Below are positions 18,268 through 26,618 of a DNA stretch of 64,000 bases, piece by piece. The notes under the pieces are model-generated. The model had not been told where the DNA came from. It saw only the letters and a program-made list of their open reading frames with translations, and did no database searches. Source of the DNA: a virus; the IMG/VR virus record IMGVR_UViG_3300046798_000096, positions 4,483 to 68,482 of that record. One strand, written 5' to 3'. Position numbers and translations under genes: made by a program. Numbering within the stretch: position 1 is the stretch's first letter; the number at the start of each line of letters is the position of its first letter.

Positions 18268-18507
18268 TTACTTTGGATTCCTCGAAAGCTCTCGTGCACG
18301 CTGCTTTTCCGCTGCGTTCATGGTGCTTCCAGCAATGCGAGCGCTTTCCAGATAATCCTGATAGTTCGTCAGGTCGTTAGGGGAGCCGAGGACCACATCA
18401 AGTTTGATGCGTTCCTCGTCAGCTGCCCAGCGTGCCTTTACTGCGAGCGCACCCCTAGCGACCTGCTTTTTCCGGTCGCCATAGAAGATCGAACTGTCAT
18501 TGCTCAT
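18268..18507 (-). CDS. Hypothetical protein (leaderless candidate)
   Basis: TGGACG-CTA..-17-CACAGT promoter (18513-18541), 5 nt before the ATG. Confidence 0.6.
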   Translation of the reverse strand: MSNDSSIFYGDRKKQVARGALAVKARWAADEERIKLDVVLGSPNDLTNYQDYLESARIAGSTMNAAEKQRARELSRNPK

Positions 18508-18737
18508 TGGTTACTGTGTGGCGCTTTGGACTTAGCGTCCAGAACTTTTGCATTCACTAGCGCGTTGTGTGCTTCTGCTTCCGTTAGGAACAATGCCGCT
18601 AGGACTCCTGCAGCCTTGCACTGCGCATAGACTTCGCGCCGAGTAACCCAGGGATACTCGGTGCCAGTCTCTGTTACTCGGGAAAAAACCGTGCTTCCCT
18701 CCTGCGTCCCTGCATTGAAGTAATACCAGCGTTTCAC
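18504..18737 (-). CDS. Hypothetical protein
   Basis: ATGA-type coupling at both ends. Confidence 0.6.
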   Translation of the reverse strand: MKRWYYFNAGTQEGSTVFSRVTETGTEYPWVTRREVYAQCKAAGVLAALFLTEAEAHNALVNAKVLDAKSKAPHSNQ

Positions 18738-19438
18738 TGGACCACCGACAAGCTAACCCGGCCTGAAACCGTGCTGGACACTTTGCGCCGTGCGTATCCG
18801 TGCGCACGGAAGCCGATCGCGTACTGCCGATCGCTGCGAGCGCAAAGCTTGCACTCGGCGCAAGACGTTTCGCGGTACTGCGCTGGACAGGTGACCACCC
18901 GAATTCCAGCCGGCGTTAGGGTGACTCTGGGCTCGCGCTCACCCTTTTCCAACATGGGAAGCACCACAACGGTAGGCAGTGCCAAGCCCAGAGAGTCTAC
19001 AGCGGCCAGGGAATCGCAGGAAACGTTGACCGTGAAGCCGCGAAGGTTCGCGTCTGCAATTGCTGCGCGGTTTTCCCGGGTGAGAGTGTGGTGCGTATAG
19101 GTGAAGCCTTGACGGCCTGCGTTGGCTTCAACCAGGTCGGCCAGCGCTTGCTGATTGATCTGGCCGTCCTTGTCGCGCGGCAAGTCGCCGGCCGCATTGT
19201 GTCGCCACGTCTGACCCTCGGGGAGCGCTGCGATCTGCTCGCAGAATTCGGGCCACTGGACGCCGCGCTCGTCGACTTTGGCCCAGTGCAGTCTCATGGG
19301 CCAGCCTTCCGCATAGCAACCGTTACCCATGAAGGGACAGGTCACCGGGCAGCTACCAGCCTTAGCGGTCAAGCTGACCGGAATCGGGCCCGTCTTCTCG
19401 TTCCCGGACTTCATCGTTAGGTGAACCATCGGAGTCAT
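18734..19438 (-). CDS. Cys-rich Fe-S/radical-SAM-like phage protein (DUF7227/GP88-like)
   Basis: KSGNEKTGPIPVS...CPVTCPFMGNGCYAE, WRHNAAGD, FTYTHH, CPAQ...CAECKLCAR. True start is probably 19438 (6 nt after the -10), not 19486. Confidence 0.65.
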   Translation of the reverse strand: MTPMVHLTMKSGNEKTGPIPVSLTAKAGSCPVTCPFMGNGCYAEGWPMRLHWAKVDERGVQWPEFCEQIAALPEGQTWRHNAAGDLPRDKDGQINQQALADLVEANAGRQGFTYTHHTLTRENRAAIADANLRGFTVNVSCDSLAAVDSLGLALPTVVVLPMLEKGEREPRVTLTPAGIRVVTCPAQYRETSCAECKLCARSDRQYAIGFRAHGYARRKVSSTVSGRVSLSVVQ

Positions 19439-19444
19439 GGAAGT

Positions 19445-19473
19445 ATCATGAGTCCCATCGGTGTTAGCGTCAA
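19445..19473 (-). promoter_or_regulatory. Phage early promoter TTGACG-CTA..-CATGAT
   Basis: 17-bp spacer; ATG follows 6 nt later. Confidence 0.7.
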
Positions 19474-19482
19474 CCACTAGTT

Positions 19483-19827
19483 TCAAACTAGTAGAATAAC
19501 CATCTCACCCCACGAACTATCCCAGCCATCGTAGCAGCGATCTACTGCTTGTTTTTTAGTCATGACTTCGGGCGCGTCAGCAGTGTATAGCTCCGTGCCG
19601 TAGTCGCCCATACCGACCACAACGACCACATCTAGGTTAGGGCCGTTTAGCAGCATTACGGCGTAGTCGTGCGCTTTCATGACTGCCTTTTTCGGTGCCT
19701 GGCAAGTACCAGTGCCACGCATGCTGCAGCCGCTCACACAACTACCGTCCGGATTGTGTGAATGCCCTTGTTGCTGCGCATACTCTTGCAATGCCTCACG
19801 CTCGGCTGTCAGGTCACTTGCTTTCAT
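19483..19827 (-). CDS. Hypothetical protein
   Basis: Coupled chain of early genes. Confidence 0.55.
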   Translation of the reverse strand: MKASDLTAEREALQEYAQQQGHSHNPDGSCVSGCSMRGTGTCQAPKKAVMKAHDYAVMLLNGPNLDVVVVVGMGDYGTELYTADAPEVMTKKQAVDRCYDGWDSSWGEMVILLV

Positions 19828-20095
19828 ATGCTTCCATGCACTCTTTGCAGTTCACGTTGTGGGCATACTCGGGATTGATCAGATAGCGATCGTCGGGAAT
19901 GTCCAGCGAAGCGCCGCACAGCAGCGCGCAGTTGTGCTCCCAGTGCACTACGTTCCGTGCCTGCAGGATCGCTAATGCCCTGCCCCAAGCATCACGAAAG
20001 CCTTGCGCGTAGTCGCTACCGGGGCCCGGCTGCGCTTCGCTGTAGTCGCGCTTAGCTTGCTCATACGCTTCCGAGATTGCCTCTAGTGCGGTCAT
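19814..20095 (-). CDS. Hypothetical protein with C-terminal Cys cluster
   Basis: SD AGAGGG before MTALEAISE. Confidence 0.55.
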   Translation of the reverse strand: MTALEAISEAYEQAKRDYSEAQPGPGSDYAQGFRDAWGRALAILQARNVVHWEHNCALLCGASLDIPDDRYLINPEYAHNVNCKECMEAYESK

Positions 20096-20376
20096 TGCTG
20101 CACCCTCTGGAAAGTGTGAAACAGATCGATCACTGAAACAATGAGCGGTACTGCAAACACGCACAGCATTACGTATGCCAGTACCGGTGGCATGCCTGCC
20201 CCGTAGTTCTCCACATCATCTAGATCTCTGCGCTGCATGCTCTTGCACACAGAGACGATACAGACAATCCAATCCACACACAGATAGATGATGCCAACCA
20301 GTATCGCTACGCGAACGGCCTCACCCGGCTGATTCATCCAAGCGGGAGCGATTGAATTGATCCAACGGACAAGCAT
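20092..20376 (-). CDS. Membrane protein (2 TM)
   Basis: SD GGGAG; two hydrophobic helices. Confidence 0.6.
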   Translation of the reverse strand: MLVRWINSIAPAWMNQPGEAVRVAILVGIIYLCVDWIVCIVSVCKSMQRRDLDDVENYGAGMPPVLAYVMLCVFAVPLIVSVIDLFHTFQRVQQ

Positions 20377-20390
20377 GGTGTCTCCCAATG

Positions 20391-20990
20391 AAAACCGAAA
20401 CACCCACAAGCTTTCTACCCACGCATTGCTGCGTTTCAGGGGCGCGCCCTAGTCGGCTTGTGGGGTGTTTCGGGCTTACCTCGGCCAATCGCTCCCGGAC
20501 CGGCCCTTGCGGACCGGTAGCCCGGAAACGGGATGGTTGTTCGAAGCAGCGAGCCGCACGCACACCACAGTGCGCACTGAGACACTTGGGTCTAGAGCAC
20601 CAAGCGAACGACAACAATAGAAGACTGCTCACCGCCCGAAACGTAGTGAATGTCTCTCTACCAGCATACTGGCGGGTTTCCCCGCTCGTGCTGAGGTTCA
20701 TCACTGTCTTCCACCCTCGGGCCTAGCGGGGTGAGTTGTCGTGAGTGTGTGCAGCTCGACGCTTCGAACACCTCCTAGTGGCCGGCACCCGATCGTGACA
20801 CGCCCTAAAGCATGTTCGAGTCACGTCCTTATTCCACGGTCATGAGTCGTGGTTTATCGGTTGCGTGTGTCTGTGGCCATCAGTCGAGGGCCAGCCACTA
20901 GGAGGTGTTTCGGCCAGCGCCAGCAGTAGAGCACCTGTGCGGTGGTTGCTGCTGCGCGCCTGGCCAGGGCTTTTCAACCCCTTACGTTCT
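20391..20990 (-). ncRNA. Large highly structured non-coding RNA candidate (~600 nt), family not recognised
   Basis: Gene-free gap with more than 10 nested stems (17-22 bp long-range helices), three GNRA tetraloops and four U-G wobbles that work only on the minus strand; see findings. Confidence 0.7.
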
Positions 20991-21008
20991 TATCCAAAGC
21001 GAAGCGCT

Positions 21009-21368
21009 TTAGATAACCTCCACCTCTTTGCGCGAGCCCTTGAACGACCACGTAGTCGTCTCGGGGCCATCGCCGACGCCGGCCTTGATGTGGGTGGTGA
21101 TCGACAGCACCTTGCCGTTGTAGTTGAACGGGCCTTTGCTGCCGGTACCTTCCGCAACGCGCTTGACAGCATCGCTGCGCAGCTGCTTGGCCGTCTCGAC
21201 GGCTGCTTCGGCCGCTCGCACGTCGGCGTCCGCGACTTCGTACGCAGCGAACAGGGCGGCTTTGCGGGCCTTCTTCTCTTCGGGCGACTCTTCGACGATC
21301 AGCTCGTTGTCCGAAACGACTTCGCTGGACGGTTCGACTGCGGCGACTCTGTTGGTTCTCTTGCTCAT
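21009..21368 (-). CDS. Highly expressed-looking hypothetical protein (acidic N-terminus, coiled coil, beta C-terminus)
   Basis: Strong codon bias, SD TAGGAG, own promoter; directly upstream of the ncRNA candidate. Confidence 0.75.
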   Translation of the reverse strand: MSKRTNRVAAVEPSSEVVSDNELIVEESPEEKKARKAALFAAYEVADADVRAAEAAVETAKQLRSDAVKRVAEGTGSKGPFNYNGKVLSITTHIKAGVGDGPETTTWSFKGSRKEVEVI

Positions 21369-21416
21369 GTTGTAGTCTCTCCTACCACTGTTTGCCGTGG
21401 CGTTTGATGTGCTGCT

Positions 21417-21445
21417 ACTCTCGCTGATTCAGCGGTTAGGGTCAA
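21417..21445 (-). promoter_or_regulatory. Promoter TTGACC-CTA..-GAGAGT with CGCTGA-A-TCAGCG dyad in the spacer
   Basis: 17-bp spacer; dyad at 21422-21434. Confidence 0.55.
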
Positions 21446-21707
21446 GCCAAACTTCTACTTTTTCTTTGCTCCCCCAAGCACGACTATCGGCGTGGTTGTA
21501 CAGGAACGCCACGTACACGGGAACCAGCCAGAGGTTATGATCGTCTGCTGCCTGAATGGCGCCCCTCAGGTTGTTGCTGAGCACGTGCAGCAGGAAGTCC
21601 CCTGGCATGATCTTGTGCTCCAGGTAGCTCACCAGGTCGTACTGCATGTACTCGGGGATTCCCTTGCCGTGGAACGTGAACGTCTGCAGGGTTTGCTGTA
21701 GGGACAT
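21429..21707 (-). CDS. Conserved phage hypothetical protein
   Basis: IPEYM...YL.....PGDFL..VL.NNL..A...AD..N...V.FLYN.A...AWGS.E.V..W pattern, widespread in phages. Confidence 0.7.
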   Translation of the reverse strand: MSLQQTLQTFTFHGKGIPEYMQYDLVSYLEHKIMPGDFLLHVLSNNLRGAIQAADDHNLWLVPVYVAFLYNHADSRAWGSKEKVEVWLDPNR

Positions 21708-21794
21708 GTTTTCTGTTTCTCCTATCGATCTGTTTCGCCACGAAACCAACGGCTAGCCAAAACACTAGCCATAGAAGCCACTCTTTTGCTGGGG

Positions 21795-22019
21795 TCACCC
21801 CGCTGCGGTCTCCGCAGCGGGAGCGAGCACAGGATGCTGCGCAATGACGAGCGCGGAATTGATTGCACCCTGAACGGCTGCCAGGGATCCGAACAGGATC
21901 AGCAGCTGGGATATCGTCAGGATGTTATCCTTATTGGTCGCCAGGTCCTGCTGCACCATCTTCTGGGCAACATCCACGCAGACCAGCATATCCATCAAAA
22001 CCTTGATTGTTCGTTCCAT
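21795..22019 (-). CDS. Hypothetical (membrane/helical) protein, leaderless candidate
   Basis: TTGACA-CTA..-17-AATAGT (22027-22055), 7 nt before the ATG. Confidence 0.55.
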   Translation of the reverse strand: MERTIKVLMDMLVCVDVAQKMVQQDLATNKDNILTISQLLILFGSLAAVQGAINSALVIAQHPVLAPAAETAAG

Positions 22020-22026
22020 GCCAGCC

Positions 22027-22105
22027 ACTATTACTCCTGCACCATCTAGTGTCAACTATCTGTCTACAACTTCTAGTTGCGCTTATCCCTCTGGTACTCC
22101 ACACT
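22027..22105. promoter_or_regulatory. Divergent promoter pair
   Basis: Minus: TTGACA(22050-55)-17-AATAGT. Plus: TTGCGC(22077-82)-17-CACACT(22100-05), 7 nt before ATG 22113. Confidence 0.6.
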
Positions 22106-22112
22106 CTTTCTT

Positions 22113-22454
22113 ATGTCGTGCACAAGCTGCTCAAAACAGCCAGGGTACCCACACCACTGCGTCTTGAGGGTTGGTCCAGGTGGGTTTACTAGCCGATCCA
22201 ATGAATGGCGCAGAGATCAAGTTTGGACGCTGTGCTGCAAGGCATCCGCGGTGAAAACTATGGATGGCGAAGCATTCCTGGCACTGTTGAACGAGCGCGA
22301 CAAGTCCCGACTGCGCTTCCAGCGCAGTCGGTCCCCGATGTTCGATCAGGGCCTCGACGGCTACCAGCGTGCGCTGTACGAAGAGTGGCAATCCCTGGAG
22401 ACTGCCGTCGCTGCAGAGATTGCGAAGGAGCGCACGTCATGTGGTACCCCGTAA
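22113..22454 (+). CDS. Hypothetical protein with N-terminal Cys cluster
   Basis: Leaderless geometry; alternative start at 22260. Confidence 0.5.
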   Translation: MSCTSCSKQPGYPHHCVLRVGPGGFTSRSNEWRRDQVWTLCCKASAVKTMDGEAFLALLNERDKSRLRFQRSRSPMFDQGLDGYQRALYEEWQSLETAVAAEIAKERTSCGTP

Positions 22455-22732
22455 TACCCATCACTGCAACTACCCGTGTGAAGCACACGCACACTACACG
22501 GGCCCGCTCGCTACTGAAGAGCAGAAGCTTTCACTACGCGAGGGTAAGCCGAGCCGGTAGGCATATGGGACTGTGGGCTCGGCCTTCCGAGTGGCGTGGC
22601 GTCTTTCAACGCCACGTGAAAGACCTTAGACCCGTCGCTGGTGAGCGCTTCATCTGGGGTGCAGACAATCGCTGGGTGGATACGACAGACAGCACGCGCG
22701 GAAAGAAGAATAGGAGACACCATGGACGGTAA
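22439..22732 (+). CDS. Hypothetical basic protein
   Basis: SD AAGGAG. Confidence 0.5.
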   Translation: MWYPVIPITATTRVKHTHTTRARSLLKSRSFHYARVSRAGRHMGLWARPSEWRGVFQRHVKDLRPVAGERFIWGADNRWVDTTDSTRGKKNRRHHGR

Positions 22733-23183
22733 CACGTGGACCAGCAACCATAAGGTTGCCGAGGCGATCAACAAGAGCCAGGACGCCAGCGGCTGCACTA
22801 TCACGCTGCTGGCTGAAGACGGGGAAGAATTCGACGAACTGGTCGGAGACCTGGCAGGGTGCTGCACGGAACAGACGCTGCGTGGGTCTTACGTCGTAGA
22901 CTTCGCTGGCTACGAAGAGGGAAGTGTGCGCTGGTATGTGCAGCTTGCCTTGCGCTCGCTGCACAACCACAGCATCCCCCGATTGAGCCATGCCGAGCGA
23001 AATGGCCTGCGTAATGCCACAGGCGGCTGGTCTCAGCACGTGGAAGAGTCGCATGACCAACTGGCTGACAATCTGACGAAAGCCTGCGAGATGCTGGCCG
23101 AGTACAAGCGACAGACAGCCCACTACAAATCCTTCACTCAGCTGAACGCAGAAGCAGAAGCACTCCTGGAGACGATGCGATGA
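22722..23183 (+). CDS. Hypothetical protein
   Basis: SD TAGGAG; coupled to the next gene. Confidence 0.6.
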   Translation: MDGNTWTSNHKVAEAINKSQDASGCTITLLAEDGEEFDELVGDLAGCCTEQTLRGSYVVDFAGYEEGSVRWYVQLALRSLHNHSIPRLSHAERNGLRNATGGWSQHVEESHDQLADNLTKACEMLAEYKRQTAHYKSFTQLNAEAEALLETMR

Positions 23184-23638
23184 CACCAGAATTCAAGCGA
23201 CAGATCGTGCAGGCAAAGTACGACCTAGGGGAAGAGATCACCCAGGAAGACGTGGAGATCCTGGCCACCGGCTGGGGAAACCTACAGGGATGGATCATCT
23301 CGGTGGAGAAAAGGCTGCGCGCCATGGATCCGCCAGAGGACACGGAATCGCTGATAGAGCAGCTGGACGAGGCGCTGTGCACGCTGCTGCACATTGGCGA
23401 CGAGGTAGGGGAGCATTCGCCTCGAACACACCTGGACCTGTTCTACGCTCGCGCTGCGCTACAGATTCAGCGTGACGCCAACGCCGATCTGGATAACAGA
23501 CAAGGTCAGCTGCGGGTTAAGCTTGCCCAAGCAGTGACTGCGCTGCGTGGCCTGACTGTCATGAAGAGCCAGGACGCTGGGAACGTTGTGGATGCTCAGA
23601 GCGTGCATGAGATTGCAGACGAACTGGAGCAGCTGTGA
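23180..23638 (+). CDS. Hypothetical coiled-coil protein
   Basis: ATGA coupling. Confidence 0.6.
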   Translation: MTPEFKRQIVQAKYDLGEEITQEDVEILATGWGNLQGWIISVEKRLRAMDPPEDTESLIEQLDEALCTLLHIGDEVGEHSPRTHLDLFYARAALQIQRDANADLDNRQGQLRVKLAQAVTALRGLTVMKSQDAGNVVDAQSVHEIADELEQL

Positions 23639-23841
23639 CACCAAAGCTCTGGACACTGGAAACCAACCAATCAGGTACCTTCATCCGAGAAGCCACCGAG
23701 CCACCACCGAAAGCCCCTAGGCGGCTTTCGGTGCGCTTCGCCTGGTACGACTTGTGGATCGGAGCCTACTGGGACCGCAAGCAGCGCGTGCTGTACGTGT
23801 GCCCGCTGCCCATGCTGCTCATCACCATTGGAGACCACTGA
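23635..23841 (+). CDS. Hypothetical protein
   Basis: GTGA coupling; FAWYDLWIGAYWD motif seen in phage hypothetical proteins. Confidence 0.6.
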   Translation: MTPKLWTLETNQSGTFIREATEPPPKAPRRLSVRFAWYDLWIGAYWDRKQRVLYVCPLPMLLITIGDH

Positions 23842-24017
23842 TGCTGACCATTGCACTACTGATCGTGATGCACCTGTACGGCGCTGCGTTGATGTACAGC
23901 TACACTCCACTGGCGCGCTTCGCATCGCGCGCCATGGGGCAGCGCTGGCTGTACTGGTTCATGATCCTGACCTGGGAGTACCAGGCCACGTACATGCTGC
24001 TGTGTAGGAAGCGGTGA
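23841..24017 (+). CDS. Small membrane protein
   Basis: SD GGAG; two hydrophobic segments. Confidence 0.55.
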   Translation: MLTIALLIVMHLYGAALMYSYTPLARFASRAMGQRWLYWFMILTWEYQATYMLLCRKR

Positions 24018-24350
24018 CTAGGGCTTGAACCGAAAGCCTGAGTCCTGCTCGCCGATGTGCTGCGTGCCCTCGAAGTCACTGTCCCAAGAGTCAGGCAGCT
24101 GGAAGCCCCTCTTGTAGTCGACGGCGACGGTCTTCTGGACGTTGATGCCCCGTGGTAGTTGCGACTGCACCCACGCGCCGAGTCGTCGCATCCCGGCGAC
24201 TCGGCGAAGCTCCGCCCCCTGGGCTTGCCAGTACGATTCCAGTGCGATCCAAAAGATCAGCATTGACAAGCCCAGGATGGCCCACAGCATGGACCACTTA
24301 CTTAGCACGTCTGATGGGTCGTTCCAACTCAGCGTGCATAAGCTCGCCAT
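24018..24350 (-). CDS. Membrane protein (1 TM)
   Basis: WSMLWAILGLSMLIFWIAL helix; convergent with the plus cluster. Start uncertain. Confidence 0.5.
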   Translation of the reverse strand: MASLCTLSWNDPSDVLSKWSMLWAILGLSMLIFWIALESYWQAQGAELRRVAGMRRLGAWVQSQLPRGINVQKTVAVDYKRGFQLPDSWDSDFEGTQHIGEQDSGFRFKP

Positions 24351-24806
24351 GTTGTGGGTGATGCTGACACGCCCCGAGGCCGACCCCAGCGCTGCCCCAG
24401 CGATGGGGGATCGCCGTGTCCTTCTTTCCGACCATGCCCGAGCACCAGCACGTGCGCCGTGTTTGCTTCGGCGTTGCCTTGCGCACGTGCTTGCACATTG
24501 GTCGAGAGGGGCGCCCACCGTCCTTGCAGCACAGATTACACCACATGCTGTGCACACCGAACGTCTGTGCACCAAGGCTCCATGAAGTGACTGCTCTCGA
24601 AGAGCAGCGAACTGCAGGGGTGCACGTAGCGTGAAGAGTAGAGGCACACCCAGGTGCCCCCACGCGAGTCTTTGCGCCCAGCGCAGCGCTCGCGTGCCTT
24701 GCCCTCGCGGCACGCCCCGACGTCATGCGGCTGCATGAAGAACGGGGCGTACTTGGGGATGTCAGTGGGCACTCGAAGGTACCCACTGAACGTGCAGCAG
24801 CGGCGG

Positions 24807-25370
24807 TTATTGGCGGGGCTTTCCATAGTAGTAGGCACTGCTTGGCACAGAGACGGGAAGATCATCTCCCGGCTTCTTGGTGTAGTCCACCTTGCGTATC
24901 TCGGTGACGTTGCTGTCTTGCAACTTCACCATTGTGCCAGACTCCATCTGGTAGGTAACGCTTTCCAAGGCGACAGGGCCTGGGAAGTACTCCTTGGTGT
25001 CGTCCTCGCAACGGCAGGGGCCAGAACGATCGTCCTTGCCCAAGGTAACGCTGTCAGCGAGCTTGGCCTGCGCCTGTTCGAGCGTGTCAGTGGTGTAGCC
25101 ACGCTTCACGCAGTAGTCGTGGATCTGCTGCTCACGGTTGCGAAACTCCGGGTGAGCCTTCACGTGCGTGCAGTCCGCGGCAACTTCCACCTCCATCTCG
25201 ATCACCTCTGCCTCCATCTCGACCATCACTCTGTCTGCTGGGTTCATGGTGATCTGCAGCTTGGTGACTGCGTTGATGGGAGTCTCTATTCCTTTTTCGT
25301 CTCGGTAGACGATGCTTGCGTCGCTGACATCTCCGGTGGGGCACTTGATGATGAATCCGGGTCTGGCCAT
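24807..25370 (-). CDS. Hypothetical protein
   Basis: SD AAGGA; good codon bias. Confidence 0.65.
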   Translation of the reverse strand: MARPGFIIKCPTGDVSDASIVYRDEKGIETPINAVTKLQITMNPADRVMVEMEAEVIEMEVEVAADCTHVKAHPEFRNREQQIHDYCVKRGYTTDTLEQAQAKLADSVTLGKDDRSGPCRCEDDTKEYFPGPVALESVTYQMESGTMVKLQDSNVTEIRKVDYTKKPGDDLPVSVPSSAYYYGKPRQ

Positions 25371-25930
25371 GATACGTTCCTTACGTTGTACTCAATGTTG
25401 TAGGCTCTATAGTCTGGAAGGACTCGGCGGGCAACGACGTTGCTTTCACGGTACAAGGAGACATCCCACAGCCCGTCTTGCTCTGGGGTGCCACTGATCC
25501 TGAATCGAGCGCCAGAGCGCAAGCGCGGCACTTGATTCAGGCTCTCATACGTTAGGAACCCCAACGTACTGCCCCAGCACATCTTGCGAATCTTTCGCTG
25601 CTGGTGGTCTGTGAATTCAGTGAAATCGTCGTCCAGCCACTGGTCGTCTCTCCACACCAGGATGATGCCATTACGAGCACAGCGTATCAGCTCTGGCTTC
25701 TGTGGTAGATCCAGACCCCATGCTTGAGTGATGTAGACCAGCTCGACCCAGTCACCCATCTTCTCCTTCGAGATCAGGAAGAAGTCCTTGGGTTTACCCC
25801 TGGTTAGCACATGCAGCCCACACTTTGGGCATGGGCTCACGCGAGCTACGTAGCCGATCTGCCAAGGCAAGAGCCTCGGGCACTTGCAGCAGTCAGCCCA
25901 CGGTGTCAGTGCGTGGCGTCGGTAAGTCAT
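25286..25930 (-). CDS. Hypothetical protein
   Basis: 214-aa ORF with an N-terminal Cys cluster. Confidence 0.5.
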   Translation of the reverse strand: MTYRRHALTPWADCCKCPRLLPWQIGYVARVSPCPKCGLHVLTRGKPKDFFLISKEKMGDWVELVYITQAWGLDLPQKPELIRCARNGIILVWRDDQWLDDDFTEFTDHQQRKIRKMCWGSTLGFLTYESLNQVPRLRSGARFRISGTPEQDGLWDVSLYRESNVVARRVLPDYRAYNIEYNVRNVSWPDPDSSSSAPPEMSATQASSTETKKE

Positions 25931-26168
25931 CCCACACCGAGCGTAGCAGAATCATCTCCATGGTCATATGCTCGAATGGCTCGCTCCAGTCTGGGAGGAT
26001 AGGCACGCCCAGAAACTTACGCACCTCTTGTTCCACTTCGATGACGCATGTGTCGTACTCCAACTCTTTGAGCAGGATCGGATTTAGTAGCCATAGCTTC
26101 GGTGCAATGCGATACTGAAACATCGCATCCAGGGCGCTTTTCACGGGGTTTTTGTCGAGGATCAGCAT
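25893..26168 (-). CDS. Hypothetical protein
   Basis: First gene of the minus cluster next to divergent promoters. Confidence 0.5.
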   Translation of the reverse strand: MLILDKNPVKSALDAMFQYRIAPKLWLLNPILLKELEYDTCVIEVEQEVRKFLGVPILPDWSEPFEHMTMEMILLRSVWDDLPTPRTDTVG

Positions 26169-26219
26169 AGTATGGTAAGTGTTGCACGACCATCGGGTTT
26201 ATGTCAAGGTGGGTAGTAT

Positions 26220-26411
26220 ATGTTCTACTACGGAGAGCGCTTGGTGTTGGGGTATAACATCGTGGAAACTTTGGAAGAGTATGACATGGCAGTCAGCATC
26301 GATAGCCCCGATGATGCAGTAATCACTATGATTAGCATACTGAACGAAGAGCTGCTCACCCATTCACGTATGCTAGTGCAGGTGCAGGAGCACCAGGTGT
26401 ATGCATCCTGA
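26220..26411 (+). CDS. Hypothetical protein
   Basis: SD AAGGTGG; acidic, 63 aa. Confidence 0.5.
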   Translation: MFYYGERLVLGYNIVETLEEYDMAVSIDSPDDAVITMISILNEELLTHSRMLVQVQEHQVYAS

Positions 26412-26604
26412 GGCGGATCTAAAGGTTGCGCTTAGCCGGGTGGCAGCGTATCAACGGGAATGTGACATCCAGGGTAGGAAGCTCTCGGAAATTGAAACAG
26501 TGTTAAGAGAAGCATCGAATGAGGGGGTTGGCGATGATATTGGCTCTTTACACTACAGGGACCCAGTGCTACAACGCCTGGCATCAATCCTGGGATCCAG
26601 GTAA
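26401..26604 (+). CDS. Hypothetical protein
   Basis: SD CAGGAG; overlaps the previous stop. Confidence 0.5.
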   Translation: MHPEADLKVALSRVAAYQRECDIQGRKLSEIETVLREASNEGVGDDIGSLHYRDPVLQRLASILGSR

Positions 26605-26618
26605 AACAAGGGAAACGA

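Noticed and set aside
20321-20726. ORFs 20321..20704 (-) and 20388..20726 (+) as proteins
   Set aside because: Arg/Ser/Pro-rich, poor codon bias, no SD; the region's pairing and wobble pattern fit a structured RNA better.
20391-20990. Group I/II intron, RNase P, tmRNA, T-box, cobalamin riboswitch or hammerhead identity for the large RNA
   Set aside because: No P7/J8-7 or domain V consensus, no GAGGAAAGUCC, no tRNA-like CCA end, and no CUGAnGA paired with CGAAA in the correct geometry; not flanked by a split gene.
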